The notes under the pieces are model-generated. The model ran no database searches and was not told the origin of the DNA. It saw only the letters and a list, made by a program, of their open reading frames with translations. The position numbers and the translations under genes were made by a program. 64,000 bases of DNA from Haliotis rubra (lineage: Eukaryota): the NCBI RefSeq assembly GCF_003918875.1, contig NW_025766980.1, positions 1,798,001 through 1,862,000 of the forward strand, written 5' to 3'. Below are positions 13,031 to 25,730 of this stretch, one piece after another. The stretch's first letter is position 1. Every line of letters begins with the position of its first letter.

Positions 13031-14527
13031 ACCATACCCTAACCCAACTGACGTTCTATACCTATATTCATAGTTGATTGATGCTCCCACTCTCAAACCC
13101 ATTTGGAATGACATACGGTCGATCGAATACCGGGTGGCCTAATTTCCAGTGATCAGTTCATATAATTGTCTTAGTTTTTTGCCTATATACACCATGGACA
13201 ATGTTTCGTCGTATAATCGAAACCTTTTGTTCTTATATTCTTATGTTTAGTATACGTCCATACGAATAGTCAACAGAACAGGCGGAGCTTATGGTAATGC
13301 CATTAGTAATATGAACACGACCCTGTACATCGACAAATGAAATTCCTTTATGCCTTGCTTATTCATTATCAATGCATTAAAGGAGAACTAAGTCTTTTTT
13401 AAGTATCAACGTAGTATACTATTTGTATAGGGAGAAATGAGTCTTTAATTAAACATAATCATTTTTTGTAATGAGGTCATTTCTGGTAACCATTCTTGAA
13501 TCTTTTCAAATGATATTGTTTCAGCAAATACATTCACCTATTGATCCATCAAGCTGCGGCACCCAATTATCTGTTCGTAAATAATTTCTGTGTGATAAGA
13601 ACATAATAAAACTAGAAAATCTGAACTTGTCCAAATTGGAGTTTTTGAATGTTACATCGCAAATATTGATAATGAGCTTATTGTAGACAAACATGATATG
13701 AGTAGTGTTCTGAGAAATATCCACTGAATGCTGGGTTCTGCATGAACATTCTTTTCTTTTGCTTGCCCAAATGCTGGACATGTGGGCAATTTCAATAGTT
13801 TTTTTTTATCAAATTTGATAATCCTAACTTCTCTGTGCTCGAATGCTTACAATGGGCAGTTGGTCGAGTAGGTTCAGGCGTCCGCTTCTGAAACCCGGGT
13901 GTATTCATGCATATATTATGTAAAATGTGTGTTTAGAATCTTAACAAAAACAAGACATGTTTAGTTCTAACCATGTAAAAGAGTGTGTGTCTTTCACAGC
14001 CCAAACGCCACTCAATTTCAGCATCCTGTTAACGTGTTTAGAAATTGAACGTTAAAAGACATGTTTAGAATCTAAACATCGAATATTGTCCCAATAATCT
14101 GAACATGTTTACAATTCATAGGCACCTGCGTGACACAAATAATACAGGGGCATCGACCTCTGTACATAAAAAACAAATGAAAATGTTCATTCATACTCGA
14201 ATGGGAATTGTGAAGGTGTAGGCAACTCGCAGTAAGACTACACACTTCATTTAATGAAATTGTTCACGGAGTCCATTTTCGTAAGCATGTTATTGCCGTT
14301 TTGACACATTAAACAACGTATAGCTGGTCATTTTGACATATTCCCCATATAGTTCTCCAGCCAAGAGGGTGTGTAAACAGCTTATCTCCATTACTGTGAA
14401 AATATATGAGCTTCCTTGATAGTTGATGTTCATATCGCTTAAGTAGTTTGCATGCTGCTTTCATTTGACTTGATTTTGTATCTAATTTGTTTGTTCAAAC
14501 CCGGAGTAGTGATCCCGAGGCAACAGG

Positions 14528-14530
<3 letters not shown>

Positions 14531-14578
<48 letters not shown>
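14531..14578. repeat. (AT)n microsatellite
   Basis: Seen directly. Confidence 0.95.
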
Positions 14579-14582
<4 letters not shown>

Positions 14583-15054
14583 AAACGTTATTTTGCTTCA
14601 TTTTAGTGTAAATGAATCCACCCCGATTTTATAAGCTGAAACTCGTTTTCTCGTGTTCCTGTGTTGTGATCTTTCGACGAATTTAAAACATATTTACACG
14701 AACCGACCGTTTACATAGACAACATTTCGGATTTAATCGCATTAATAGTACTATTATCAAAGACGTGGGAGTTACGTCCCTTACATGAGCCGGGATGACG
14801 TGATTGTTTGAATCTGATAATGCCCCTGATAGTCACCCTTAACCCGTCAACTGGTAAACACCTCAGGGGCACAATGACCTTTTCATTCAACATTAAAGTA
14901 GCATGGCGTGATATGCTTAAATAATGATTTAAGCAGTTTAAAAACAATGATGAAACATTCGCTGAATAGTCAGTGAAATTAAAACACCTGTATGGGTCGC
15001 CGGGTTGACTGAGAGTATGCCTCTTCCAATAATTCCAACAAAAACTCCCACTGT

Positions 15055-15956
15055 CTAGTGTTTCTCACGGGTTTTCTCATAATGTCGATGTTGAAAGAAT
15101 GCCAGCACATCCGAGGAGAGTATAAACAAACTGGTAAAGACGATCAATGTGACTCCAGTTGCACCAATGCTTGTGGAGGACTTCCGCTCATCTGGAGCAC
15201 TGATGTACTTTATGACGGTCTTCGTCAAGTTTCTTCTGTCAAGAAGCAGGTTGCCTCGAATCTCCTTCTTCTTTGCGTCGACTGACTGAGACGAGAGGTC
15301 ATTGAGTCGGTTCTCTGGGATACAGAAGCACCTGCAGACCTGGTAGACAACTTGTCCAGGGTTTGAATTGGAGATGTATGTTGTGATGGAGTGAGTGGAT
15401 GTTTGTCTGAAACCGGAAGTGACGCTTGTGTACGTTTGAGTATGATCTGGATTCTGTAAACTGACGCTATCAGAGTTGCTGAAGTCTGTGGTACTTGAAA
15501 CAACGGTGGCGTCGACATTTGTCAAAGGTGACGCAGATATGACAGATCCTGATCTTGCGTTGGGTGAGTTGATAACATGTGGGTATGTTGACGAAATTTT
15601 GTCGTACCCACTTGTTTGTATCGATGGCTCTTGTGATTGTACACTCATGTCGATACTCGACCATATGGCGGTTGAGGGATGCGGTGACACAGTGTCATCA
15701 TATGATGACCAAACAGACATCGAGCTCCACTCTGATGACGATGAACTTTCCGTCTTAGTGATCTGTACAATGTCATCCGTTGAAGATGATGCAAGAGGTA
15801 TAACAGTGTTGGTGTTCAATGATGACCCGATGACTTCAGATGACCCTACGGATGTCATCATGTCATACCCAGATGATGATACTGCCGTTTCGGTGGCAAC
15901 GCTACTGGTATTGAAGGGAAGAGACGCCGAAAAGGACTGAGAAGGGGCCGATATTT
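15055..15956 (-). CDS. Lectin receptor gene, last exon: Ser/Thr-rich mucin stalk, CRCFC..ISAPDERKSS..IG motif, TM helix, short tail
   Basis: Acceptor tgttctttcag|AA (phase 1), open to TAG at 15055; hydrophobic GATGVTLIVFTSLFILSSDVLAFF. Confidence 0.88.
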
Positions 15957-16176
15957 CTGAAAGAACAGTGGACAACTGTAAAGAAGCACGGACAACGCTC
16001 AGGCGTTTATTAATACATCACATCAGCATAGTGCGCGAGACAGTAGTATGTTACTGATGTATGTAAATGACATTGGTAAAAAGCAATAAACCTAGGCCTA
16101 AATGAATGCATCACATTTATCCTTCCAAACAAGTCGAAATGTAACCATAACTGAATGTAAACCTCCACCAGATATT

Positions 16177-16342
16177 GGGGCGGTGGGGTAGCCTAATGGT
16201 TAAAGCGTTGGCTCGTCACGCCGAAGACCCGGGTTCGAATCCCCACATGGGCACAATGTGTGAAGCCCATTTCTGGTGTCCCCCGCCGTGATGTTGCTGG
16301 AATATTGCTAAAAGCGGCGTAAAACCAAACTCAGTCAGTCAG
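16177..16342 (+). mobile_element. tRNA-derived SINE family A, full length
   Basis: A box TAGCCTAATGG, B box GGTTCGAATCC, tetranucleotide tail, 13-bp TSD tccaccagatatt. Confidence 0.92.
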
Positions 16343-16858
16343 TCCACCAGATATTCTCGCACACAGTGTCTCTAATTAACTGTTTATTATCAATCGATTA
16401 ATATATAATAACTAGAATGACATGGTAAATATAAGCGACAGTCCTCTATAAGGATAAAAAAAATTATATATGTCTTTAAACTGATCAAAACTAAAGACGA
16501 CATATTACTGACATTTCTGTTCGGGAAAGACATTTTCAAGGTTCAGAGTATGAAAAGTAGATATTCTTCGCACTAGAAGTGAAAACAATACCTATTATCC
16601 TTATGACACTAACAGATCTACAATTGTAAATCAACTACATGTAGTCAGCTTGGGTCCCTATGCTCATACATCTAACTCCGGGGGAGTTTACTTCTGAGAG
16701 TGACCAGGGTGTCGTTGTACAAAGCGATATTAGCACTAAGATGACCGTAACTTCCATACCCAAGTGTAAATGAGTTTCTTAAAAACATATTAAGTAATTG
16801 GAAACAGACAGAGCGAGTTAAATCTTTGTTAGTGTTTCAGAAGAGTCACAAAGGTTAC

Positions 16859-17125
16859 CTCCACATGTTCCATCATCCGGACCAGTGACTTCCGTCCCTG
16901 ACCCTGCACCTGTCAGTGGTCTCTCACATACAAACGGCATGACTTCATCACAGAGCACAGTACCCCAATAACCGTCCACTGTGGCCATGGCACAGTGTTC
17001 GCCACTGGTCTGAGATTGGTTGCCATTGACTTCCCAGTTGGTGTAGATCATTGGGGAACAGTCCGCCCACACCCAGCGGCCATTGTTGAAGCTGTGCCAG
17101 GACCCTCCTATGTAGTGCTTAGGCG
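16859..17125 (-). CDS. Lectin receptor gene exon: C-type lectin domain 2, C-terminal half
   Basis: ttccag|CG...GGA G|gtaacc, 267 bp, phase 1-1; HYIGG..WVWADCSPMIYTNW..EHCAM..WGTVLCDEVMPFVCE. Confidence 0.9.
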
Positions 17126-17698
17126 CTGGAAAAAATATTATTTTACAGCTGTGCATTTTGACACACTGCTGCTATGTATCACGGCGGGTTTCTTGTCGTA
17201 ATACTTGACCGTATCAGATATTGATACAAGGCGGTTGTTTGGTACATAAGGAGTATTTCTTATTTGGTATGAAAACCGTTTGTAATTAGAGTTGCCTATT
17301 TTATGTATTGTACTGTTGTTATTGCCACTGATGATAGAACCACTTATTGTCACCGGTTCCTGAACCATGCCAACTGTCGAGTTTTCATGTATACAATAAT
17401 CTATCCTGTATGTATCTGAACATAGTCAACGAATTCAATCAGTGATAAGAACTTCCCAAAGTCTGATGAAAAGACAAGTCTGTGGATTCTTTCTAACGGT
17501 ACTATACCCAAATGCATAGGTGATTGTGACACACAAACAGCATATTCAGTCCAAGATATATTTATGGATTAAACTTTTTTATATTTCCCAAACAACGTTT
17601 CGGGACAATTCCAGGTCCCTTCATGGGGCGTCCAATGGGTGGCAAATCAGGGAACCTTGCGGCCCGGGGTAACGCATTGATATTGTTCTTATTTAGAT

Positions 17699-17770
17699 AC
17701 TGCTATACAACTCACTCACTGCTATACAACTCACTCACTGCTGTACAACTCACTCACTGCTGTACAACTC
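17699..17770. repeat. 19-bp tandem repeat x~3.7 (actgctatacaactcactc)
   Basis: Seen directly. Confidence 0.85.
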
Positions 17771-18472
17771 GAGCAACGTGTATTCTGGCCGTATCCTGCT
17801 GAAACGTCACTCCAGGAAATGTTGCAAATTCTCGGTACTTCACAGAATGAAAGTTTCCCCACAATGACTGGTGTCCTTGCTGCAGCTGTTAGCCCACCCC
17901 AGTTCATAGCTCTCAATTTGTCCCGAGGCGTGGTATGTCTAACTTGTTCCAGAACGATGAATAGAGTTGTTTTTCTTATTTCTGCGCTTTTAAACGCTGC
18001 ATTCAGTGGAAATGATGGATGTCTGGTTGTCTGGCTTATTAAAGTGAATATTGACGGCAATCTTTTTCGAATGTGTCACGCCTTTCGCAAATTTCGTACG
18101 AATTCGAACAACTGCTTAGTTGCGTTTCGTCGAGCCTTTTAGGACACTCTTCCAAATATTCATTCACAAGATTCATGTCACAATAACCTTTGCCTTTGAG
18201 TATACAATACTGACATTTCGACATACATGGAAAATGGATTGCAACTGGAAACAACTGGAAAAACATGTGCATCAACGTGGAATCTTGACATGAAAGCATG
18301 CGAATGCATTGCGCATAGATACCCTAAACACGAGTGATGAAACACATGACCATACATGTCTATGAACACCAAAATATGGTCGAAAATGTACAAGAAGTAT
18401 TAGAAAATCTCTGTAACAAATGTGTACCAGAAATATACCAAGTTTGATCATTAACTGAATTACTGAACTCAC

Positions 18473-18664
18473 AGATATGCCGATATACCCTGTGCAGATA
18501 ATATTGTTTTGTGTCACTGTCCACGGTGACGAGACGGCCTCCATCAGCACGACATGCGACAGCAGCGTTGACCCACGACTGTGGCTGAAGGTGGTGCTTG
18601 ACACAGAGCTCGGCCTCGTAGATGTAGGTGTAACCGTCAGCCGTAGGACATCCTGGGTGGGAGT
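18473..18664 (-). CDS. Lectin receptor gene exon: C-type lectin domain 2, N-terminal half (missed by the ORF track)
   Basis: ttccag|AC...ATC T|gtgagt, 192 bp, phase 1-1; GCPTADGYTYIYEAELCVKHHLQPQSWVNAAVACRADGGRLVTVDS. Confidence 0.9.
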
Positions 18665-18713
18665 CTGGAAACAGTCTCTGATATTGTAAATATATTTCTC
18701 CTGTATAGTGATT

Positions 18714-19000
18714 GAGTGAGTTTAGTTTTACCCCGCACTCAGCAATAATAATAATAATAATAATGTGTCCATTTATATAGCGCCAAACTCCACACTAGGT
18801 ATGCTCATAGCGCTAACAATCAAGGCCATTATTACCCCGGATAACCCAAGCTGCCTGTTAGGCGCTAGAAGGTTATAGTCATATGACTTTTTTCCACCGG
18901 GTACCCATTTTCCAGCTATATGGTGGCGGTCTGTAAATATTCGAGTCTGGACCAGACAACCCAGTGATTAACAGCATGAGCATCGATCTGCGCAATAGGG
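18714..19000 (-). mobile_element. SINE family B interrupted by an (AAT)n-tailed element (~18748-18908)
   Basis: Family B halves flank an insert ending gcgctatataaat..(ATT)n on the minus strand. Confidence 0.75.
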
Positions 19001-19901
19001 TTCCTTTACGGGGAAAGTGGAGTGTTGGGTGCAGTGTGTGAGGAAGGCTAAATCAGATCCCATGGATCATCAAAGCGTGTGTTGGTTTTGGCGTTTTTAG
19101 AACACTATTTCATACATATCAAGTGGTGTCAGCTTCACGGTCGAGAAAAGCCCGGCGTAACATCAATGTACAGAACCTGGCGCTCGGGTATTCAGGTGAC
19201 CAATCAACAGTAGTTTAAGAACATCTATTGGACGCAGCACTTTTCAGCAAATTGCTTCACCTTAGCACAACACGAAGTCGAAGGGGAAGACAAACTCACT
19301 CTCAAACATAATCATTACAGTGTCGTAAAACGGTGATGGTGATATTCTCCTATCTGTTCAGCAAACGTCGCCATACAATATAGAAGACTGGGCCAGGCTG
19401 ACAGGTGGCCTATAAAAGGAGAATCGATCCACGAAGGCTAATGAATCAATATCAGCCAGGTCAGACTTGTTATTAAAGTATGGGTTATTACGATAACATA
19501 TCGGGAATCGTGGAGATTCGGGGTTAGAACTGATCTCCAGCAACCATATCAGTAACTGAGTAAGACTCCTGGGCAAGACTCCAATAAATGCAGGCTGCTG
19601 TCATAGAGCCGGAATATTACTGAGCGGGTGTTAATCAACCTACACGCTTGTTACTAAAGCACTGGTTATTACGTATTCTAGGTATAGTGGAGATTCCAGG
19701 TAACAATTGATCTACAGCCTGGTGGTGACATGTTATTAATCACTGTATTGTGTGGACGCGATGAAAAATAGGCCGCGGTCAGAGAGCTGAAATAGGGCAG
19801 TATAAGAACATAATCCCCTGAGAACCTTTAACAGGCAGACTTTGGTTTTGGTATCAGAAGGTGAAATGTATAAGGTGATGTCATTGCCTTTGGATACCTA
19901 C

Positions 19902-20150
19902 TTTGACAAAGGCCAGTGAAGATTTGGACTTCTTGTGTTTCAGCTAGCACCACCTCACAGACGAAGGCAGAGTCAACGTCACAATAGACGTTCTGCCAAC
20001 CAATATCTGTGGAACTGATTGCCAGTTGGACACACAACCCGTTGGCAGTAGGTTGCAATTGCAGCCAGTTTGTTGTATCAAGAGTCTCCCCGTTGATCCA
20101 GGTGTATGAGCTGCCATGATCAAGGCGTAACCCAATAGAGAAGGTGAAAT
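19902..20150 (-). CDS. Lectin receptor gene exon: C-type lectin domain 1, C-terminal half
   Basis: ccacag|AT...CAA A|gtaggt, 249 bp, phase 1-1; FSIGL..YTWINGE..NW..QPT..LCVQL..WQNVYC..FVCE. Confidence 0.88.
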
Positions 20151-20645
20151 CTGTGGAGGGAAACACATGGTAACATGGCTCAGATAGGAACTACTCTGTG
20201 AATTCCTACAAGGACAAAACATTATGACTTTGATAATTCCTCTACGCACCCATCGTTGTTTACTATGTCAAACGATGCCAAGCCTATATGAAGGCCATTC
20301 TGACGGATCCCACATCGTCACATTTAAGTGCTGATTATAATGATTAATTGTGATTAATGTGGCGAGGATCATACTTAGCAGGGTGAATGCCTTGAAACAC
20401 TAGATACAATAGACACTAGAGGCAATATGGGGTTCAGCAGACACAGTGCCGGATGTAGCAGGTATAAGACCGGATGCACTAGATACGAGACTGGATGTAA
20501 TAGACACAAGACATAGACACAAGACCGAAAGCAGTCGATACAAGATCGTATACTAGAAACACAAGATCATATACAAGAAACACAAGACTGTCACTCCGTG
20601 ATTGAAACCAAAACCATGCAAATTCTATGTAAAATTCCATCTCAC

Positions 20646-20840
20646 TGTGAAGCAGGTTTTCCAAGTGGCTATTGATGCTGTCGATCTTGTTCTGTGTATC
20701 GAGTGAAACAAGGCGCAATCTCTTTCCCCGGCAGATGGTACGCGCATTTGTCCATGATTTCATGGTGGTGAACGTCTTTATACATAGCCCTGAGCTGCTG
20801 AGATACGCGTATCCACTGCCTAGCCGACATTCAGGAGGAT
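20646..20840 (-). CDS. Lectin receptor gene exon: C-type lectin domain 1, N-terminal half
   Basis: ttgcag|AT...CAC A|gtgaga, 195 bp, phase 1-1; ECRLGSGYAY..LCIK..KSWTNARTICRGKRLRLVSLDT. Confidence 0.9.
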
Positions 20841-21392
20841 CTGCAACATGCACAAGCATAGCACGAAGATTAGACTACTTGTTGTGGCGAGGCATGAATG
20901 ACCAAGGAGTCATTGTTAAGAATACTTGTGGACAAGCCCCTCTACATAATAACAATTATCAGCAAAAGTTCGATTTATCCAACGGTATGTCATACGAGGT
21001 GATAACGTTATTAATTTGTCTGTATGTCTGTCCGTTTTTTCATCTGTAATCATATCCGGAACATGCCTCTAAATCTAATAGGTATTCTTTCATGAAACAT
21101 GCACACTCAAAACCCAACTTGTCTACCGGTTTCTTTGGCTATTTGGGTATTATTAAATGTGTATAATTTTCAATTTCCACAGAAACAAGTTGAGCTTGCC
21201 TGTTTATAGTGGTGTGTGTATCTAGACCAGATCTCAAAACCCCTCCAAACCTTTGAATAGTCAGATAACGGCTGCAGCCGGGTGCCTTTTGTTATTTAGT
21301 CATTCTTTGATTTCCTACTTCCTGATTTGATTTGACTCAATTCACAAGGATTATATTTTTCCTGAACATATCACAACAGACTTCCGGTTTAC

Positions 21393-21472
21393 CGTGTGTG
21401 TGACATCGGGTTATCACTTCAGTGCTGGTGAATAAAGGGCGTATACTTTGACAAAATCGCAAAGATGAAAGT
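21393..21472 (-). CDS. Lectin receptor gene, small second coding exon (phase 2 to 1)
   Basis: cttttcag|A...CAC G|gtaaac, 80 bp, open (LSSLRFCQSIRPLFTSTEVITRCHTH); bridges the phases of the neighbouring exons exactly. Confidence 0.62.
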
Positions 21473-21574
21473 CTGAAAAGTTATTACGTGTAAACTTGAG
21501 TCGTAGAAAACAATTATGTGTCTCTTATCGATTTAACGATAACACAAAATATATATATATAAGCCTCGAAACAG

Positions 21575-21776
21575 TGAGTGAGTTTAGTTTTAAGCCGCAC
21601 ACAACAATATTCAAGCCATATGGTGGCGGTCTGTAAATAATTAAGCCTGGACCAGACAATCAAGTGATCAACAGCATGAGCATCAGTCAGGGAACCTGAC
21701 CACCCGATCCCGCTAGTCGCCTCTTACAACAAGCATGGGTTGATGAAGATCAATTCTAACCCGGATCTTCACGGGT
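21575..21776 (-). mobile_element. SINE family B (V-domain-like core), internally deleted
   Basis: 5' cccgtgaagatccgggttagaatt, core gtaagaggcgacta, (ACTC)n tail; 9-bp TSD tcgaaacag. Confidence 0.88.
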
Positions 21777-21907
21777 TCGAAACAGACATACATATTGCAA
21801 CCTTCAATACTTCAAATTTTCGAGATGCATATGAATCAATTTGGTTTCAGCCCAGGTAATGAAATTGTCCTACATGAAATGATAAAACAGCGGCAGCTGT
21901 AACTCAC

Positions 21908-21984
21908 CTGGACACAAAGCCAGAAGTACTTTCGGCACATATCGAAAATATATACAATAATATCGGAAAAAAACCGTGAAACAT
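21908..21984 (-). CDS. Lectin receptor gene, putative first coding exon with signal peptide
   Basis: MFHGFFPILLYIFSICAESTSGFVS then AG|gtgagt (strong donor, phase 2). Confidence 0.62.
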
Positions 21985-22613
21985 GCCTCAGTAAATATTA
22001 ATTATGATAATATTTATATCAGTGAATAATCGACTGGACCAGACAAACCAGTGATCAATATCATGAGCTACAATATAGAATTTGGAATGGCTTGCATCAT
22101 CCACGGCAGCAAACCTAATCATGCGATCCCAAAAATTACATTTTAAGACGAGCATTGGTTGCTGAAGTCCAAGTCTAACATGTATTTCATTTGCGTTTAC
22201 TGGCCCGGTATGCCTTTGAGAGAATATAAAATCTCGGTAAAAAAGTAAACCAAAATTAATAACATCTAAAAAGATGTACTAACTGCACATTGAGAACAAA
22301 TTTCCTGAGTAATTATCACAGAATGTTTTAAACAGGGCTGCCGTGGCGTCCATATTGTTTATCGGATTTGAAAAATGTGAACTCGTCGATGTGCAACCAT
22401 TGGTGGGAACATGCGCATGAATCTTTAGCTTTATTGGTCGTATAATTTATAACGTGCGACGGACAAACAGGATGAGATGACTTGGAATTGAAATGGGGCC
22501 AACTCAATCATGGTACAACTGAAACGCGTTATAAGCTCTTAAGATATGGCCTTAAACATGAAATATCTTCCACTGATTGCATTCACATGATTACATTACT
22601 TATGTACACTCAC

Positions 22614-23788
22614 CCAAAGAGGACCCCATCATTAAACCAAATCCTTTACTTCCTGAAATGGCCAGCTGCATAAGTCCAACGGAGACATTGAGGTCAACCT
22701 CAACAACAGATTGAAACAAAGAAAGGTAATAGATTTCAATGTTACAACACTCAGAATGTTCAGTGTACGCATATGTTGCCGGTGGCAAGGAGGTAATGTT
22801 TTGTCCAGTTTCCACGAAAAATACCACCAGGCTCTCACCAGGGAACGGAAATATGTCTATCTTATCAAACTTCTGAAACCGTTCCACAGCTGGTACGATC
22901 GCCATGATCGGGTCTCCCAGAAGGTCATCCACAATGAAGAAGCTCGATTCAACTCGCCTTCCTAGCAGCATTACCTGGATGGGGCGCGATCCTTTAAGAC
23001 AAAATATTTCGTTTGATACTACATCCAAATAGTCACCAGCATCCATATAAGTATAAAAGTTCCCATCAGAATATATCTCGGTACCGTTTTCTGATGCAAC
23101 TACTCTCAAAACAGAAGCAGCTTCTGAAATTGCTGGAAGAATGAAGTTCTTCCCAAAGAAGGCTTCAGGTAGCAGCATTTCCTCGATGAACTTTTCCCAA
23201 CCCGGCTCTCCGGGGAACGTTACACCTGCGAGAACTGATATTGGAGTGTTACTTTTAATAAACGTTCCTGTCACATCGTCAGAACAGAACACGTCAAATT
23301 TCTGCATTGGTGAGACACTTACACTCAACGGTACAGATGGCGATAACAACAGGGAGCCACATTGGAGTTCCTTTCTGGGGGAAATTTCCACGTTTGTGTC
23401 GTCGTCCCCTATGACTGAAAAGTAGGAATATCCTCCATTTATCGGAGGGTAGGACACGACGTAAAACTTTTGGACATTCTGGTTTCAGGGAACGCTAAAT
23501 AGCCATCATTGTCTCCACGGGTCACGTACAAAGTTATGTCATCGTTGCTTTTGACTCTGACTCCAGTATCTTGTGCTGCTGTTGAAATATCCGAGTGTTG
23601 TAGGTTTATGACCAGATTGAGCGTGTGGTCGATTGTATATTGGTTTGTACCACCTGGTCCGGCCATTTCAACTTTCACGACAGTGTCTTCCGGGCCTCGC
23701 ATGTGAAGTGTAATGGGACCGCTGAATGTTGACAGGGGAGGTGAGGGAAAGGCCAGCATGAACTTCCGGCCACGTTCGGTCATATATT
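22614..23788 (-). CDS. IgGFc-binding (FCGBP N-terminal-like) domain exon, with a 1-nt frameshift at ~23468-23471
   Basis: ttcacag|AA YMTERGRKFMLAF...DGYLAFP..YVVSY..FSVIG..DVTGTFIKSNTPISVLAG..IEEMLLP..FGKNF..PIQVM..GDPIMAIVPAVERF..G|gtgagt; exon is 1175 bp, one short of 1176. Confidence 0.85.
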
Positions 23789-25730
23789 CTGTGAAAAGAG
23801 GGAAACATTCATAATAAGTATTATATTATTCATGGGCACGGAAATAAAGGGAATAACTTCATTGGGTTATTTATGTGTCATAACAAACACAACAGTACAG
23901 GAAGCTCCTTAGAATTACCTGCAACACCTATCTTTGAATATACATTTATATTCCCCGGGACAGATCATCTGTATTTTCTCATATCATCTTCTTCAGTGAT
24001 CAGTTGACCAAGCAGTGCATAGGCTTTGTGTGAAATTTGACTGTTATGTTAATGCTTTAAACGTTTCTGAATATGAACAAAGCCACACTCAACTTGGGGT
24101 TTCCACTACCCCTGGCAACTTGCTTTTAACAACCCTCTTGTATGTGTCCCTTGTTTGAGTCTTGGAGGGGACCAAGTTGAAACGTTTTTTGGCTATGGCA
24201 CATGGTATTGTCAGGCTTGCACAGCCATAAACAGACTTGGTGGATATAGTTATATGTTGTATTCAATGTGTAACACACGCTGTCCTGTATATCGCAGCAA
24301 GAGTTTATGTTGAATTCTAAGATGCCTAGCGTTTAGAACAATCGGAAAAAAAATACATTATCAGACAATAAAGGTATAGTTTTTTGATGACGTAACAATT
24401 GAATGACGTTTTCCCGTCACTGCGCCATTCTAGTGTGCCCCCCTCGTAATCGAACCATTTTACATTACGTCACAATGTAAGCTACGTCACGATGCATGTC
24501 AGTTGTCATCGCCTCGTACGGCCTCGTACGGCCTCCTACAGTAAACTACACCGTTGCATCCAGTTTCTTGGTTTGCTGTTGCTTCACGCAGCTAACATCA
24601 CTGGTGGAAACATTACGTTTATGTTTCACGACGGTTAAAATGTGTCATTTCGACTCACAAGTTTTCAGCGACACGGTAACGTTCGTAATGTTTACATTCC
24701 CACAATGCAATTGTGGAATGTCGCCTGACTACTCAACTTCCTCTGGATGTATTGATCTAAACTTACGCTGGTAGTAGAAATGCAACGTTCATATTGCCCC
24801 ATATGGTTTACGTTAATGACAGATGCAATTAAAATAATTCAGAGAAGATATTTAATCCGAAATTAAACCGTCATCAAACTGTTATCATTTGTTTTTTTCT
24901 GGTAACGTTCGTCTTAACGTAGGGGGCAGAAAAATCAATAGAACAGCGCGCCAGTTAGCCCTGTGCGAGGATTCTTAATTTAGGTCACCGACACCGTCGT
25001 TTGTTTTCTGCCTAAATTAATCGTAATTATCTTTAGAAAGTATTAAATTTGGCATCTTAGAAAAGAAATACACTTCGCCCTACCACCATGTATAGTGTAA
25101 TAAAACACACTTTCGCCCTGAACTATTATAACGTTAAAGCACTCGGACGCAAGCGTCCTCCTGCTTTAACTATACATGGTGGTAGAGCGAAGTGTATATG
25201 CCAATTTATGATTGAATTATTGTCTTTGATAGCGGCGAGTCGACATCGCTTTGTCGCCTTCAGTTCTTTCGATGAGAAAGCGATAACAGCAGACGAGAAA
25301 GCGATAGCGCAAGACTGAAGCGCGATAAAGGGAGAAAGCGAAAGAGAGAAGAGAGAGAAAGCCATATAAAATGTTGTTGATTTCCAGTTATCAGTTCCTC
25401 CCTTTTTATACAGAGCAAATTTAAACATTTTTAGTAGATATATTTATAAATTGAGATAGAATCATGTATCGTCAAAACACACACATGTGTTTGCTTCGTC
25501 TTTTGTAGTATATGAACATTCGCATAAAGTTTTATCTTTAAGTTTTGAGACTTTAATTTCCTTTTTCGGGGACTAACAAGTTATGTTCCTTAAATTTAAT
25601 GCATATACGATCCTTGAATCATAAACATAAAGCAAACAAGGTAGTTTACATACAGATCATACACTGACAAATAGCTGTATGTATTATCTGCCACTGTTCG
25701 TAATGTTTACATCTATGGTCATCTTTCAGA

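Noticed and set aside
15957-15975. TTG start or acceptor at 15975 from the ORF track
   Set aside because: Phase 0 is incompatible with the phase-1 upstream exon; the acceptor at 15956 fits.
16177-16250. tRNA gene
   Set aside because: A/B boxes belong to a multi-copy SINE head with body, tail and TSD.
23919-23968. Candidate small exon just upstream of the IgGFc exon
   Set aside because: The frame giving a phase-1 donor contains a stop and no ATG.
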